A program made the translations under genes and the position numbers. A model generated the notes under the pieces. It searched no databases. It was not told where the DNA came from and saw only the letters and a list, made by a program, of their open reading frames with translations. 43,259 nt of DNA from Atractiella rhizophila (Eukaryota). The stretch lies in NCBI GenBank assembly GCA_021432655.1, contig MU271347.1:1-43259 (forward strand), in the 5' to 3' direction. Below, in pieces: positions 1-11,400 of the stretch. Position 1 is the first letter of the stretch; each line of letters opens with the position of its first letter.

Positions 1-306
1 TGCAGATCTCCAGCCAGATTTCGGGGGGAAAGGGAAGCCTGCCAGTATCAGTCATACTGAAGCCTTGGTATTACGCTGATCGAGAGAATCCTGAAGTGAT
101 ACGTTACAGAACGACGTGTTCAGGAGATTGACTCATCAGCTTGGCATACACACGCAAGGACAACACGCCGGATGAAGGCTATGAGAATAACGACATGGTA
201 ATAACGCATACATGCCCGGTAAAAGAGGCAATCAGCGGGTATTGAACCGAATATATACTCCACGAACGAACTCGAAAAACAAACCCCTCTCTCCGGAACT
301 CTCAAC

Positions 307-2259
307 CTAAAGCAATGCAAGTCCAACCACTCCCATCGCCGCCAAACCACCCCACCTCATCACACCCTCAACCTTCAACGTACCAGCGGAGCTATCCTGT
401 CCTGCACCTCCTTTCTCGGGTGCAGCCGTCGGGTTAGTCTCGCTCACAGTGCTGGTGGGAAGCGGCCCAGGAGTTGCCGTCATATTGAGGCTGATCGGCG
501 TAGTGGATACGGTCGCGTATGACGCGGCTTGGGCTTGCTCGTAGGCTTCGTTCCATGCTGGGTTGTAAGTAGTAGCGTTGTATTGGTTGCCACATGTGCC
601 CGGAGTCGTGTCTGTTTCCATGCATAAGACCAAAGTCAGCGAGCGGGAGTGGGGAGGAGGGAGAGACGAACAGTAGAACCAGTGATCTGCTCGTGAATTG
701 CCTCCTAGACAGTTAGGGTCGGAGGCGGAATACGAGCAATATTCGTAGTTTTGTCCATAGGTCTGGCGATGAAATAAACATCGGCAACATCCAAAGGATA
801 GTGAAAGAAAGAAACGAACGGCGTTTCCACTCCCAAACACATGGAATCCGCCAAGGACGTGCACATAGTCCTCGCTCTCAGGAATGACTTGAGGGATCGC
901 ATCGTTGTTAGCCACTGTCCTCGTATTCGAAGTCCTATCCATTTTTCAGTCCTGCATTCGCTCAATAACAGGAAAGAGGCAAATTCCCACCCAGAGAACA
1001 GTTTGTTGAACAAGGCCGCTCCGGCAGGATTGAAAACTCTTGGAGAGCCAAAGGTGTGAATGGCATGAGCGAGATTACGGTACCCTAAATCGATAGCTGC
1101 GACCTGAGCGACCATTGCGCCTATAATACAGGAAAAGAAGAATCAGCACAGTTAATCCTCCATGAAGGATCAAAGGAGGAACTGACCGAACCCATGACCA
1201 GTCAAACTCCAAATATGACCATTATAGCTCTCGACAGTCTGAACAGCAGCCATATCAGCCGTGAGCTCTTTGATCTCCAACCAAGCCTCGAGGGCCGCAG
1301 CATGGGCCGTGCACTCGTCGCAGTCCACGTTCAAAGGTGCGAGGGAGGCGGGGTTGGCGTCGAAGTTCTCCCAGCCGTAGACGCCGGAGAAGACGACGAC
1401 GGTTTTGTTCATTTCTCTGTTATAACGCAAGGAATGGTCAGTTTAGTTTCGGCGACTGAATGTAATGGGTTCGTGGGAAGGCCTAGTAGCTCTCTTGCAC
1501 AATCGCTAGCTGTAACATGGTGTAGTCTTCAACATGATAGAGCTCCTTCAATGTTGAGTTTGAACAGTGGGGTGTTTCAGGTGTCGAGAGTGTGGAAGCA
1601 CCTCAATCCCATCCCTCAGCTCTCTCACTTTTTACCGGCACATTGACAAGAACGCGTCCACACCTCCCACCCAAGAAGCGCGCACCAGAAACAAAGAGAG
1701 CAACCGGCCACCGAACTCTAAGAAGAAAAAGGAGAAAGGACTCACGGGACAACGACCGCATATCCGCTCACTCCCTGCTTCAGCGTCGGTCCAAACTGAA
1801 TGATGACGGTGAACGGAGGTTCGATGTTTCCAGGGAAGTTTTTCTGCTTCGCCTCCTCTATAATACCAACCCAACCCGTCGTATGTGACATCATGTTAGC
1901 ATGTGATTGTGGATTCGGGTTGGGTTATGGAAATGGTTTTGGGAGGATGGAGGGATGGAGGTGATGGAGGGAGGACGAACCGGTGAAGAAGAGAGGACAG
2001 CTTTCGAGGTAGGAGTAGTCGTAGGCTGCCATGCTCAGGAATGCATGGTATCTCTGTTTGCATGTGCATACATTAGTTTGTGTTGAATACGAGGAGAGAA
2101 GGGAGAGACGAACATCGTGCCAGTATGGGCTCTCTATGTCGCGACATTGATGAGTTACTGAGGCATCGAGAATAAAGAATGTGGAAGAATACCTTCTGAT
2201 ACATCCTGAGCGAGGGCGGTGGTGAGGAAGAGGAGAAGGAAGGAGGGTAACGCCAACAT
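307..2259 (-). CDS. Secreted, GPI-anchored class-3 lipase-fold protein (multi-exon); nucleophile Ser replaced by Gly, probable pseudo-enzyme
   Basis: Manual splicing gives the signal peptide MLALPSFLLFLLTTALAQ, then ...RYHAFLSMAAY...EMNKTVVVFSG...WSLTGHGFGAMVAQ...IHTFGSPRVFN...VANNDAIPQVIP...DHWFY, a Ser/Thr/Pro-rich stalk and a hydrophobic C-terminus (GGLAAMGVVGLALL*). These match the lipase_3 motifs GHSLG, TFGxPRV and DxVP. Introns are canonical GT-AG. Confidence 0.8.
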
Positions 2260-2598
2260 GTTGCAAAGAGTGTAGTGTGACAAGAGAGTGTCAGCTTCTC
2301 AGTGAAGAGCAAGCTATAGATATTGACAGAATATCGATGGTCGATTAATATGAGGCAGAGGACAACAAAAATTACGCCAAGAGTGCTCTATCGTCCGAAC
2401 TAAATCTACCTTCCAAAGTTGGGAGATCATTTTCTCAGCAGCTAAATATAGATCAGACATGGCCCGTCAATCTGACAAACAGCCACTGCGACGCAGCTAC
2501 TCTCTTTACTTTTATAATACCCTTTCTCCCTCCCATCGGACATCCATCCACTCCTCTGCGATCCATTATCATTATCATTAGTAGTCCAGTCAGCAGAC

Positions 2599-3017
2599 AT
2601 GTGGTCCCGCCGCGCCATCCTCCTCTCCGCCCTCAGCTTCTTCGCCGCCGTCAAGGGGCAAGATACATCAGGCACGCTTTCCTTTCTCCCTTTTCTCTAT
2701 TTCTAATAGCTATGGTGTACTCAGCCGACTCCCCATACTGGCATGACGTCTGTCCCTTCCTGTTCCTTCTCCATCATCTTACAGTCAACTTCGAAATAGC
2801 GATACCATGCCTTCCTCTCCATGGCTGCCTACAACGGAGCATACCTCGCCTCCTGTCCCAACTTCTTCACTGGTACGTCTTCCTCTTTCATTTTGTCGCT
2901 GTGAGCTGATGTAGAGCTGGAACGCAGATGCTGGACTCCAAACCAACTTCCCAGGCAGCACCGAAGCACCTTTCACCGTCATCTTGCAGTTCGGTCCAAC
3001 ACCCACACACGGTCTTA
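2599..3017 (+). pseudogene. 5' part (4 exons) of a paralog of the lipase-fold gene, truncated at about 3017
   Basis: Spliced MWSRRAILLSALSFFAAVKGQDTSADSPYWHDRYHAFLSMAAYNGAYLASCPNFFTDAGLQTNFPGSTEAPFTVILQFGPT aligns with the minus-strand gene (ESPYWHDRYHAFLSMAAYDYSYLESCPLFFT...NFPGNIEPPFTVIIQFGPT). The first intron is GC-AG (2672-2724). Similarity stops abruptly at about 3017. Confidence 0.75.
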
Positions 3018-3026
3018 AAAGAAAGA

Positions 3027-3280
3027 GGTGTCATCGAAAGTTCATTTGGGAAAGCCGAGAAGTTAGTGGAAATGTGACAAATGTGACATAGTGTGCAGAT
3101 CGTAACACGTGCAACACAACATCGGTATATCTCCCGGTAGTTCTTACCGAGGAAGTCTATCTTGTCACAATTAGTTATTTGATAGTTATAACAGTTACCA
3201 CTATTTATAGTTTCACGTGATTTATGATAATGATTTGATTGTGACACTTCCTTGCCGATTTCACTTGTTCTTTCGACACC
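3027..3280. mobile_element. Possible MITE or DNA-transposon remnant (AT-rich, imperfect terminal inverted repeats)
   Basis: Left end GGTGTCATCGAAAG...GGAAATGTGACAA versus the reverse complement of the right end GGTGTCGAAAG...GGAAGTGTCACAA. TGTGACA/TGTCACA motifs recur inside. It starts close to where the lipase paralog breaks off. No TSD seen. Confidence 0.3.
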
Positions 3281-4664
3281 ATAGGTGTTAGTAAGGTGCT
3301 TCAGGTAGAGAATGAAGATAAGGGAGGAGGAAGAATAGAGACGTGGTGGTGTACGGTGATGTTGTCGCTGTGCTAGCGTTGGTGGCGGCGGTGGTTTTCG
3401 GTAGCGTGGGAAAGGTTGGCGGTGGTGTGGGGCGGCGGCTTAACGGTGGGACGAGGCGGACCGACGGGCAGCTGACGCAGCCGCGTCGTCCGCGCCGGCA
3501 GCACGAGCAATAGCACTCACCTTGCTGCGACCTCCTCCACGACCTCCAACACCCCTCCCCTCCTCCACCTCCACCCCCAACACTCCAACTCTCTCTACCC
3601 CTGCCACCTCTGCCGCCGCATCCTCCTCCTAACCCTCCGAAGCATGCTAAGCAGCATCCAACCCAACATGCAACACCGCAACCTCTGCAGCGGCGTCCAC
3701 GGCCCACACCACAGACATGTCAATGGTAAATGGCAATCCTGCACTATAAGTACACCGCTAATCCTCTCCTGATTGTCATTCTTGGTCACCAGTCGAGAAC
3801 TTAGCGGAGGGTCTGTCAAGCCCAGCCATTGTCTCATTCTCGTTATGAGTATTAAGACAGGTTTTCAGATCGTGGTGGGTTTGGTTTAGTCGCGAGGAAT
3901 GAGTCTTTTTCTTGCTCCTTTTCTCTCGCGTGTCGTAAGGGCGAGGGTTTTTGTACCTTAGGGGGTTCTTGTACGCATATTAGTAGCGAGAGGCCTTATC
4001 AGACGCCATAGCGCAGCAGTAAGCGATGGCAGGAGCATAAGCTCCTAGGAACCTTCTCGAATAACTTGTCCCGGCGCGGCCGTCCCAACTTCTGCGCACC
4101 CCTTGGTTTCCTCACATGGCGCACACGCTCCAAGGCTATGGGTTCCAGTTGTCGCGGCTAAACACGCTGGTACCGTGGATGTGGTGGTCGGGTTAGTGCG
4201 TAGTTAGTAGGGCGTAGGGTTACGTGCACGATTTCCTCTTTCCCCTCCTGCTTGGCTTAGGCACGGGGCAGTACGAGGTCTACACGGGCAACATGCAGAG
4301 CTGGAGAACGTGCTGCCGGTACAGCAAGCAGAGGAGAAAGTGAAGATCGGTACGGACATTGCGAGGCCGCACGCGACACGTGAGACCTGTCGGCTGCAAC
4401 TACCTCCTGTCCGACCGCCCGCAGCGCAACTTCAAAAGGGTCGGCATCTGCGGCCTCTTCTGCTGCTGCCAGAACAAGTAAAGAGATGTGTTACCTATGT
4501 AGTTTACAGTCGCCAAGCCAGGTTCAACTCAACGACGCCGTTTCGCCCACGCATCCTCCTCTACTGCTCTTTTACAGAGTAGAAACTAGAGGTAGGAAGA
4601 ACGGGTGAAACGCCTCTCTTTCTCTTCTCCTCTCTGACTGCCTTGTTGTCGACGCATAGGTCAC
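3281..4664. repeat. Decayed low-complexity or repeat-derived region with a stop-riddled Ser/Thr/Pro-rich frame
   Basis: In-frame TAA at 3630, 3648, 3747 and 3759 interrupt an otherwise coding-like + frame. TTAG/CTAA words are frequent. It abuts an assembly gap. No recognisable transposase or RT motif. Confidence 0.35.
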
Positions 4665-5605
4665 NNNNNNNNNNNNNNNNNNNNNNNNNNNNNNNNNNNN
4701 NNNNNNNNNNNNNNNNNNNNNNNNNNNNNNNNNNNNNNNNNNNNNNNNNNNNNNNNNNNNNNNNNNNNNNNNNNNNNNNNNNNNNNNNNNNNNNNNNNNN
4801 NNNNNNNNNNNNNNNNNNNNNNNNNNNNNNNNNNNNNNNNNNNNNNNNNNNNNNNNNNNNNNNNNNNNNNNNNNNNNNNNNNNNNNNNNNNNNNNNNNNN
4901 NNNNNNNNNNNNNNNNNNNNNNNNNNNNNNNNNNNNNNNNNNNNNNNNNNNNNNNNNNNNNNNNNNNNNNNNNNNNNNNNNNNNNNNNNNNNNNNNNNNN
5001 NNNNNNNNNNNNNNNNNNNNNNNNNNNNNNNNNNNNNNNNNNNNNNNNNNNNNNNNNNNNNNNNNNNNNNNNNNNNNNNNNNNNNNNNNNNNNNNNNNNN
5101 NNNNNNNNNNNNNNNNNNNNNNNNNNNNNNNNNNNNNNNNNNNNNNNNNNNNNNNNNNNNNNNNNNNNNNNNNNNNNNNNNNNNNNNNNNNNNNNNNNNN
5201 NNNNNNNNNNNNNNNNNNNNNNNNNNNNNNNNNNNNNNNNNNNNNNNNNNNNNNNNNNNNNNNNNNNNNNNNNNNNNNNNNNNNNNNNNNNNNNNNNNNN
5301 NNNNNNNNNNNNNNNNNNNNNNNNNNNNNNNNNNNNNNNNNNNNNNNNNNNNNNNNNNNNNNNNNNNNNNNNNNNNNNNNNNNNNNNNNNNNNNNNNNNN
5401 NNNNNNNNNNNNNNNNNNNNNNNNNNNNNNNNNNNNNNNNNNNNNNNNNNNNNNNNNNNNNNNNNNNNNNNNNNNNNNNNNNNNNNNNNNNNNNNNNNNN
5501 NNNNNNNNNNNNNNNNNNNNNNNNNNNNNNNNNNNNNNNNNNNNNNNNNNNNNNNNNNNNNNNNNNNNNNNNNNNNNNNNNNNNNNNNNNNNNNNNNNNN
5601 NNNNN
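4665..5605. other. Assembly gap (941 N)
   Basis: Run of N. Confidence 1.
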
Positions 5606-5765
5606 TGACATCTTCCTTGATAATCTTGATGTCTTCTTTCATGGTCATGAGCTCCCTAATGTCCTGGGAATGGCACTCCATTGTTGCCCTCATTGCCTCC
5701 ATATTGGAGAGAATAGTCGTTTGGGATTCAGATAATTTCTTGAGGAAATCTTGGAGCTCACTCAT
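5606..5765 (-). CDS. N-terminal fragment of a hypothetical coiled-coil protein running into the gap
   Basis: MSELQDFLKKLSESQTTILSNMEAMRATMECHSQDIRELMTMKEDIKIIKEDV has a heptad-like pattern and is open up to the gap. Confidence 0.4.
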
Positions 5766-6287
5766 GACAGACAGATGCTTAGTTGAAGAGGAGTTCTGGT
5801 GTGAAGGGTTGATGGACGTTCGAAAACAACAAATGACTTGTGTCGGTGTCACTGTCACGTGACTGATCGATTCCTCCCCTATGTATGTAGTCAGACGACA
5901 AGCGTTGTGCAAAGCCCTCAACCACATGCTAGAGGTGCCTAATCGCATTGTGTTTCTCTCGCGGTGTATCAAGATTTACTATTTTTGATGGAATGAAAAC
6001 AATAAAAAGAAGACAGCGACTCGGACGGAAAGATGTCACAAAATATAAAGTATACGTAAGGTACGGATGAAAGCGATTACGGAATGAGAGATGAGTACGA
6101 GTGTTGAGATGATCTAGTGTCTGTCGGTGAAGTGGGAATCAAGAGGAATGGAGAAAGCGCATGTCAATAGAAACACACAAAGAGAAATCGACCATCCATC
6201 CTTCCATCGCATTGCATGACAACAGGACATTCGAGAGCTGAGCAGCGCGGGAGCGGGGGCACAGGGGGGAGGACAGCGAGAGGGATT

Positions 6288-8213
6288 CTAAGCGAGGACG
6301 CAGCACGAGTTGTCCTTCCGCCTCTTCTCTCTTCCATCGCTCCCTTTCGACTTCTTAGACCCCTTGTAATCCCCGCTTCCGGTCCCTCCATGTGTCCTCA
6401 CCAGCATCGCAGCTCTGGTCGCAGCCTCGAAAACGTCATCTACACCTTCATTCTTCAGCGCGGAGCATTCGAGGTAGGTCCTAGCACCAATCTGAAGCGC
6501 GATCTGTTCACCCTATCCCAAACTGTCAGCCTACCTCCCTAACTTTTATGAAGCTGGAGCACGACGGACCTGAGCCTTTGAGACCTCATTGGGCCCTCCT
6601 TTACGAAGATCCATTTTGCAACCGACGAGGAGGACGGGTATTTCTTCGCCGCAAATAGATCGGACTTCTTCGATCCATTTTGTCTGTACGTTGTCGAGCG
6701 AATCGTGGGTATCGATGGAGAAGGCGATGAGGATAACATGCGATTTGGAATAGGACAGCGGTCGCAGTCGCTATTATTCGTCATCAGACATCGTCCATGA
6801 GATTAGATGCAGGAAGTACACACCTCATATTCTTCCTGACCTCTGGAAGAAGTAGTCAGCTCATGGAATATCACAAAATGATCAGAGGTTTAAGGGATGG
6901 GTTATGAAAACCGCGGTTCCGCTAAGCAATGCCGCCTCATTGCCCAGAAAAGATATGGCTCGTAAACAAGGTGGAGGAAAGGCTATCAACCGATAAACAA
7001 TGCTTCTTCCAGTCCACAATTGCTCCTTCAACACCACATCACATTAGTTCGTACCTCGACCAGAAGGACGACTCGTGATTTTTTTGATTCGGAGCCGGTG
7101 GAGAAAAAGCGTTTGACTGATGGTCCTACAGCTCGCCGTACGAAATGCTGCAGTAGGCAACCGACAAGATAAAAACTCGAAAGAAAAAGCAACGTCTAGC
7201 AACAATCGAACAAACTTGGAGCAGTGGTCAATGGAAGCGCTGGGGCAATCACTCCGCCCTGCTCATCATGCGGCCCCTCACATCGTATCAATGAAGTGTA
7301 CGAATCCTGTATCAAGGGACAGAATATGAAGACGTGGGCAAGTAAACAATCGTGCGCTCGTCCCTTCTTCCCAACTGACCCTAGTTACAACTATCCGCCC
7401 ACACCTTCCTGACAACTGACAATGTTTGGAGACAAGCTCAGGGATTGCATCAGGACAAGGAGATAGACGAAGGATGGACATGAGAGGAGAGGAAGAGCGC
7501 AACGAAAATGAGTGAAGTCTCAACCGACACAATGATTATTGCGAAAGAAAATGATGTCGTCTCTTTCTGTTTTCACCACCGAGTCCCATCCCCTCATGGA
7601 CAGATGGAGGTTCGGGAGCACAACAAATGCCAGCCCTCCCTGTTTCAACACCAGTCTGCGGAAATGGAATGGGTGGAAGAAAAGACAAATGACGGCATGA
7701 CAGACATATCCCTTCTCTTCTTCTCTTTTCATAGGATAGGAGAGAGTGAGGAAGAAAGGTATGGTGACAACGAGAGAGAAACAAACATCACAATCCGCAC
7801 CAAATATTATGCGAGATTACGTATCGATCCCGGGCGCGACATCGTTCCCGCTCTCTCTGCGCTCTGCGCACTGTAAAANNNNNNNNNNNNNNNNNNNNNN
7901 NNNTCAATGTCACCGACAAGGCACCGCGCCACGCGTGTCGTACCAGGCGAGGATGGAGGAATATCGAGCAAATCGAAAAGAGAAACGTCAGCTCTCGTCC
8001 TCCTTACACCACGCCAGACCAACGAGAGGAGCAGAGGAAGGGTGACGTACCGAAGGGAATTCGCCCATGGCAAAACACTAAGGAGAGAGGTCTTCCCACA
8101 TGCTCCGTCGCCGACTATCACTAGCTTTCTTCGTATCTGCCGCCGCATGCTTGGGTGAGTGCCTGCTTTGGTGAGTTATGGATGGGCAAGAGACGCACGG
8201 CTGCTGCTGGCAT
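6288..8213 (-). CDS. RHO2: Rho2-type small GTPase (middle exon(s) missing in gap; apparent 1-nt frameshift in exon 2)
   Basis: Spliced MPAAA|IRRKLVIVGDGACGKTSLLSV(FAMGEFPS)...GQEEYE|RLRPLSYSKSHVILIAFSIDTHDSLDNVQTKWIEEVRSICGEEIPVLLVGCKMDLR...|...YLECSALKNEGVDDVFEAATRAAML...DNSCCVLA*. It has the P-loop, CKxD and ECSA motifs and a CAAX box. YSKSHVILI is typical of Rho2. Confidence 0.85.
7879..7903. other. Assembly gap (25 N) inside RHO2
   Basis: Run of 25 N. Confidence 1.
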
Positions 8214-8419
8214 TTTTCAGTGAGATGGATAGAGAGTGTTGCTGTTGTCTTGTCTGAAAAGCAGAGAAAGGGGCAGTCGGCATCAAGTATCTTTAGACGC
8301 ATCAACTTGCATTATCAACATTATCAACATCATCAGCGTCAGGAGCCCAGCAACTTTGAAAACGGCGAAACGCGAATCGTCAATCTCACTCTCTGATCTG
8401 ATTATTACTTCTTAATCTA

Positions 8420-11400
8420 ATGTTACCCCTTCTCCTCTCCCTCTACGCCCTTCTCCCCACCGCCTCCTCCCAGAACGCCTCATGCATACCCTTCCCCTCG
8501 CCAGGGTACACCCGTCTCGAAACCCTCCTCTTCGAAGGCATAACCCAGGGAGGCTTCACGCTCGCCAACAAGGTCGAGAAGTGTATAGGCATCAGGACCG
8601 TCTCTCCCATCGCGGCGGAGTGGATGAGGGTCGCGTTTCATGATATCGCTACTCACAATAGTCAGACAGGAGAAGGAGGATTGGATTATTCCATCGCTTT
8701 CGAACTCGATCGTCCAGAGGTATGTTTTCCCATGTCTTTCTCTCGCTTTTTTGTTTTCTTCTGTGACTTCTTTTGCTTCTCACAATGCTGCTTCGCCCAT
8801 TGGAGCATCGCAAGAGAGGAAGAGGGACCACCTATTTCGAGCGACTTGATTCCGTGCCCACCTCTCCCGCGCAAACGGCACTATCTACAAACTTTTTCTT
8901 TTTTGGATCACTTGCGAAATTTTCTCTTTCTGAGTAAAGCAGAGTAATCCGGCCCCTGGATATCCAGCAGCGAATGTGTTGCCTGGGTTGCGAGACGAAG
9001 GCAATTCGGCACATCATCGCTGTGCCATCGCGCCAGATCCTAAATGCCGTGATGCAGTAGTGTGATGGATGCCGTCTCTCCTTTCGTGACCCTACTTGTG
9101 CTTGTGACAGAATGAGCTTGCCCAGGTACTTGTCACAAGGTAAAGGCTTCGGTTCGTCTGTCAAGCACAGCTTAGGCAATTGATTGTTTGAATCTCTTGG
9201 CCAACTCTGCGTCCGTACCGTGCTATTGATTGCCTTCACATTGCTCCTTCACTTCTGTCTACCTTATACCATCCTGATCAGAGAATGCTGACCTCCTTTC
9301 TATCCTGCAGAATGTCGGACCAGGTCAAACAGCCTCCTTGGAGGAGTACCGAACAGCCTCCAACCCCTACTACTCAAGTGAGCATCCTCCACATGGTTCT
9401 TTCAAAATCAAAGCTAACAGGAGCCGACGTACGCATCAGTGTCCGACCTAATAGCTATGGCCGTCGTCTTCTCAACTGTCTCCTGCTCCGGCCCTTACCT
9501 CTCTTACCGCTCTGGACGAATAGACTCTTACGTCGCGGGTCCTAGCGGTGTACCACAAGCGCAAGAGTCGTTGGAGACTCATACCAATCGCTTCGCTACC
9601 ATGGGATTCACTCAAGAGGAGATGATTTCGTTGACCGCTTGTGGTCATTCGATGGTGCGTTGAAACGATTTCACATGTGATGGAAAAAGTAATGTTGATG
9701 ATGGAAATGGGAATAGGGAGGAGTGAGGAATGTTGACTTTCCAAATATCGATAATACCACCGGAGGGATATTGATGTTTGATCGCACACGAGCGACGATG
9801 GACCCGGCCGTGTAAGTCTCCCTCTCCTCATATATTCCTTATCTTACCTTCGTGGAACAGCTTAACAGAATACCTTTCCGGCACTTCAATCAACCCCCTC
9901 ATCACAGACTTAAACAACACCCTAAACTCCGACGCCCGCGTCTTCTCCGCCGACGGGAACGTGACTGTCACACGAATGGCAGAGAGCGCCTATGCATTCA
10001 ACAGCATTTGTCGCCCACTCCTCGAGCGATTCATCGACACCGTTCCCTCCACCGTCACCCTCAGCGACATTTACGAGCCCACCCAACACAAAGTCGATCC
10101 CGTCCTATGGGCCATCGACGACGGACAGTTAACGATGAACGTCGGATTTCGAGTCTTGGATGCGACCCCGGCTCAGGTCACTATGCATTGGACTTCTCCT
10201 GGTCAGACTGCTCAACAGGCTTCGTCCACTACGGCTGCGAACCCGAGTACGATCACGGGAGTGGTCATGGCCGCAGCTAACCATTCTGCTTATCGGTATA
10301 ACTTCGCGGCGAAGGTACCGGATGGTGTGGAGAGCTTCTGGTTCGAGTATGATGGGACGAAGGTGGATAATGGAGGGTGTGGAGGCTTTGGGTATACGGA
10401 TGAGGGGAGGGAGTGGAAGTTTGTTTGGGAACAGGGAAAGAGTGTGAGTGATGCTGGAGGGAAGTTGATCGTCGCCGCCGTGAGTTGTGTCCCCTTATTC
10501 GCCAGGAAGAGGTGGACTGATACGAATGAATGGATGAACGAATGCAGGTACACGACTCTATTTCGCCCACTAACGTCTCCGTCGACCTCTGGGCACACTC
10601 CAACCTCAAGATCCCAACCACGACCACCCTCCCGCTCACACTCAACTCCACCATAGCAAAAGAAGGCGGAACTTGTCACAAGGTAAAGGCTTCGGTTCGT
10701 CTGTCAAGCACAGCTTAGGCAATTGATTGTTTGAATCTCTTGGCCAACTCAGCGTCCGTACCGTGCTATTGATTGCCTTGACATTGCTCCTTCACTTCTG
10801 TCTACCTTATTTCATCCTGATCACAGAATCCTGACCTCCTTTCTATCCTGCAGAATGTCGGACCAGGTCAAACAGCCTCCTTGGAGGAATACCGAACAGC
10901 CTCCAACCCCTATTACTCAAGTGAGCATCTTTCCCCTTCCTTCAAACAATCAACCTAATGGGAGCCGACCTAACGCGCCAGTGTCCGACCTAATAGCCAT
11001 GGCCGTCGTCTTCTCCACCGTCTCCTGCTCCGGCCCTTATCTCTCTTACCGCTCTGGACGAATAGACTCTTACGTCGCTGGTCCCAGCGGTGTACCACAA
11101 GCACAAGAGTCGTTAGAGACCCATACTAATCGGTTTGCTACCATGGGGTTCACTCAAGAGGAGATGATTTCGTTGACCGCTTGTGGACACTCGATGGTGC
11201 GTTGAAATGCGATGGAAAAAGTAAATGTTGATGACTGAAATGGGAATAGGGAGGAGTGAGGAATGTCGACTTTCCAAATATTGATAATACCACCGGAGGG
11301 ATATTGATGTTTGATCGCACACGAGCAACGATGGACCCAGCCGTGTAAGTCTCCCTCTCCTCATATGTTACTTATCTTACCTTCATAGAACAGCTTAACA

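Noticed and set aside
4340..4481. Short Cys-rich frame ending GICGLFCCCQNK*
   Set aside because: No supportable start, signal peptide or splice structure; it lies in decayed DNA.
4572..5972. Long ORFs of 316-466 aa in the ORF track
   Set aside because: They are translations of the N gap.
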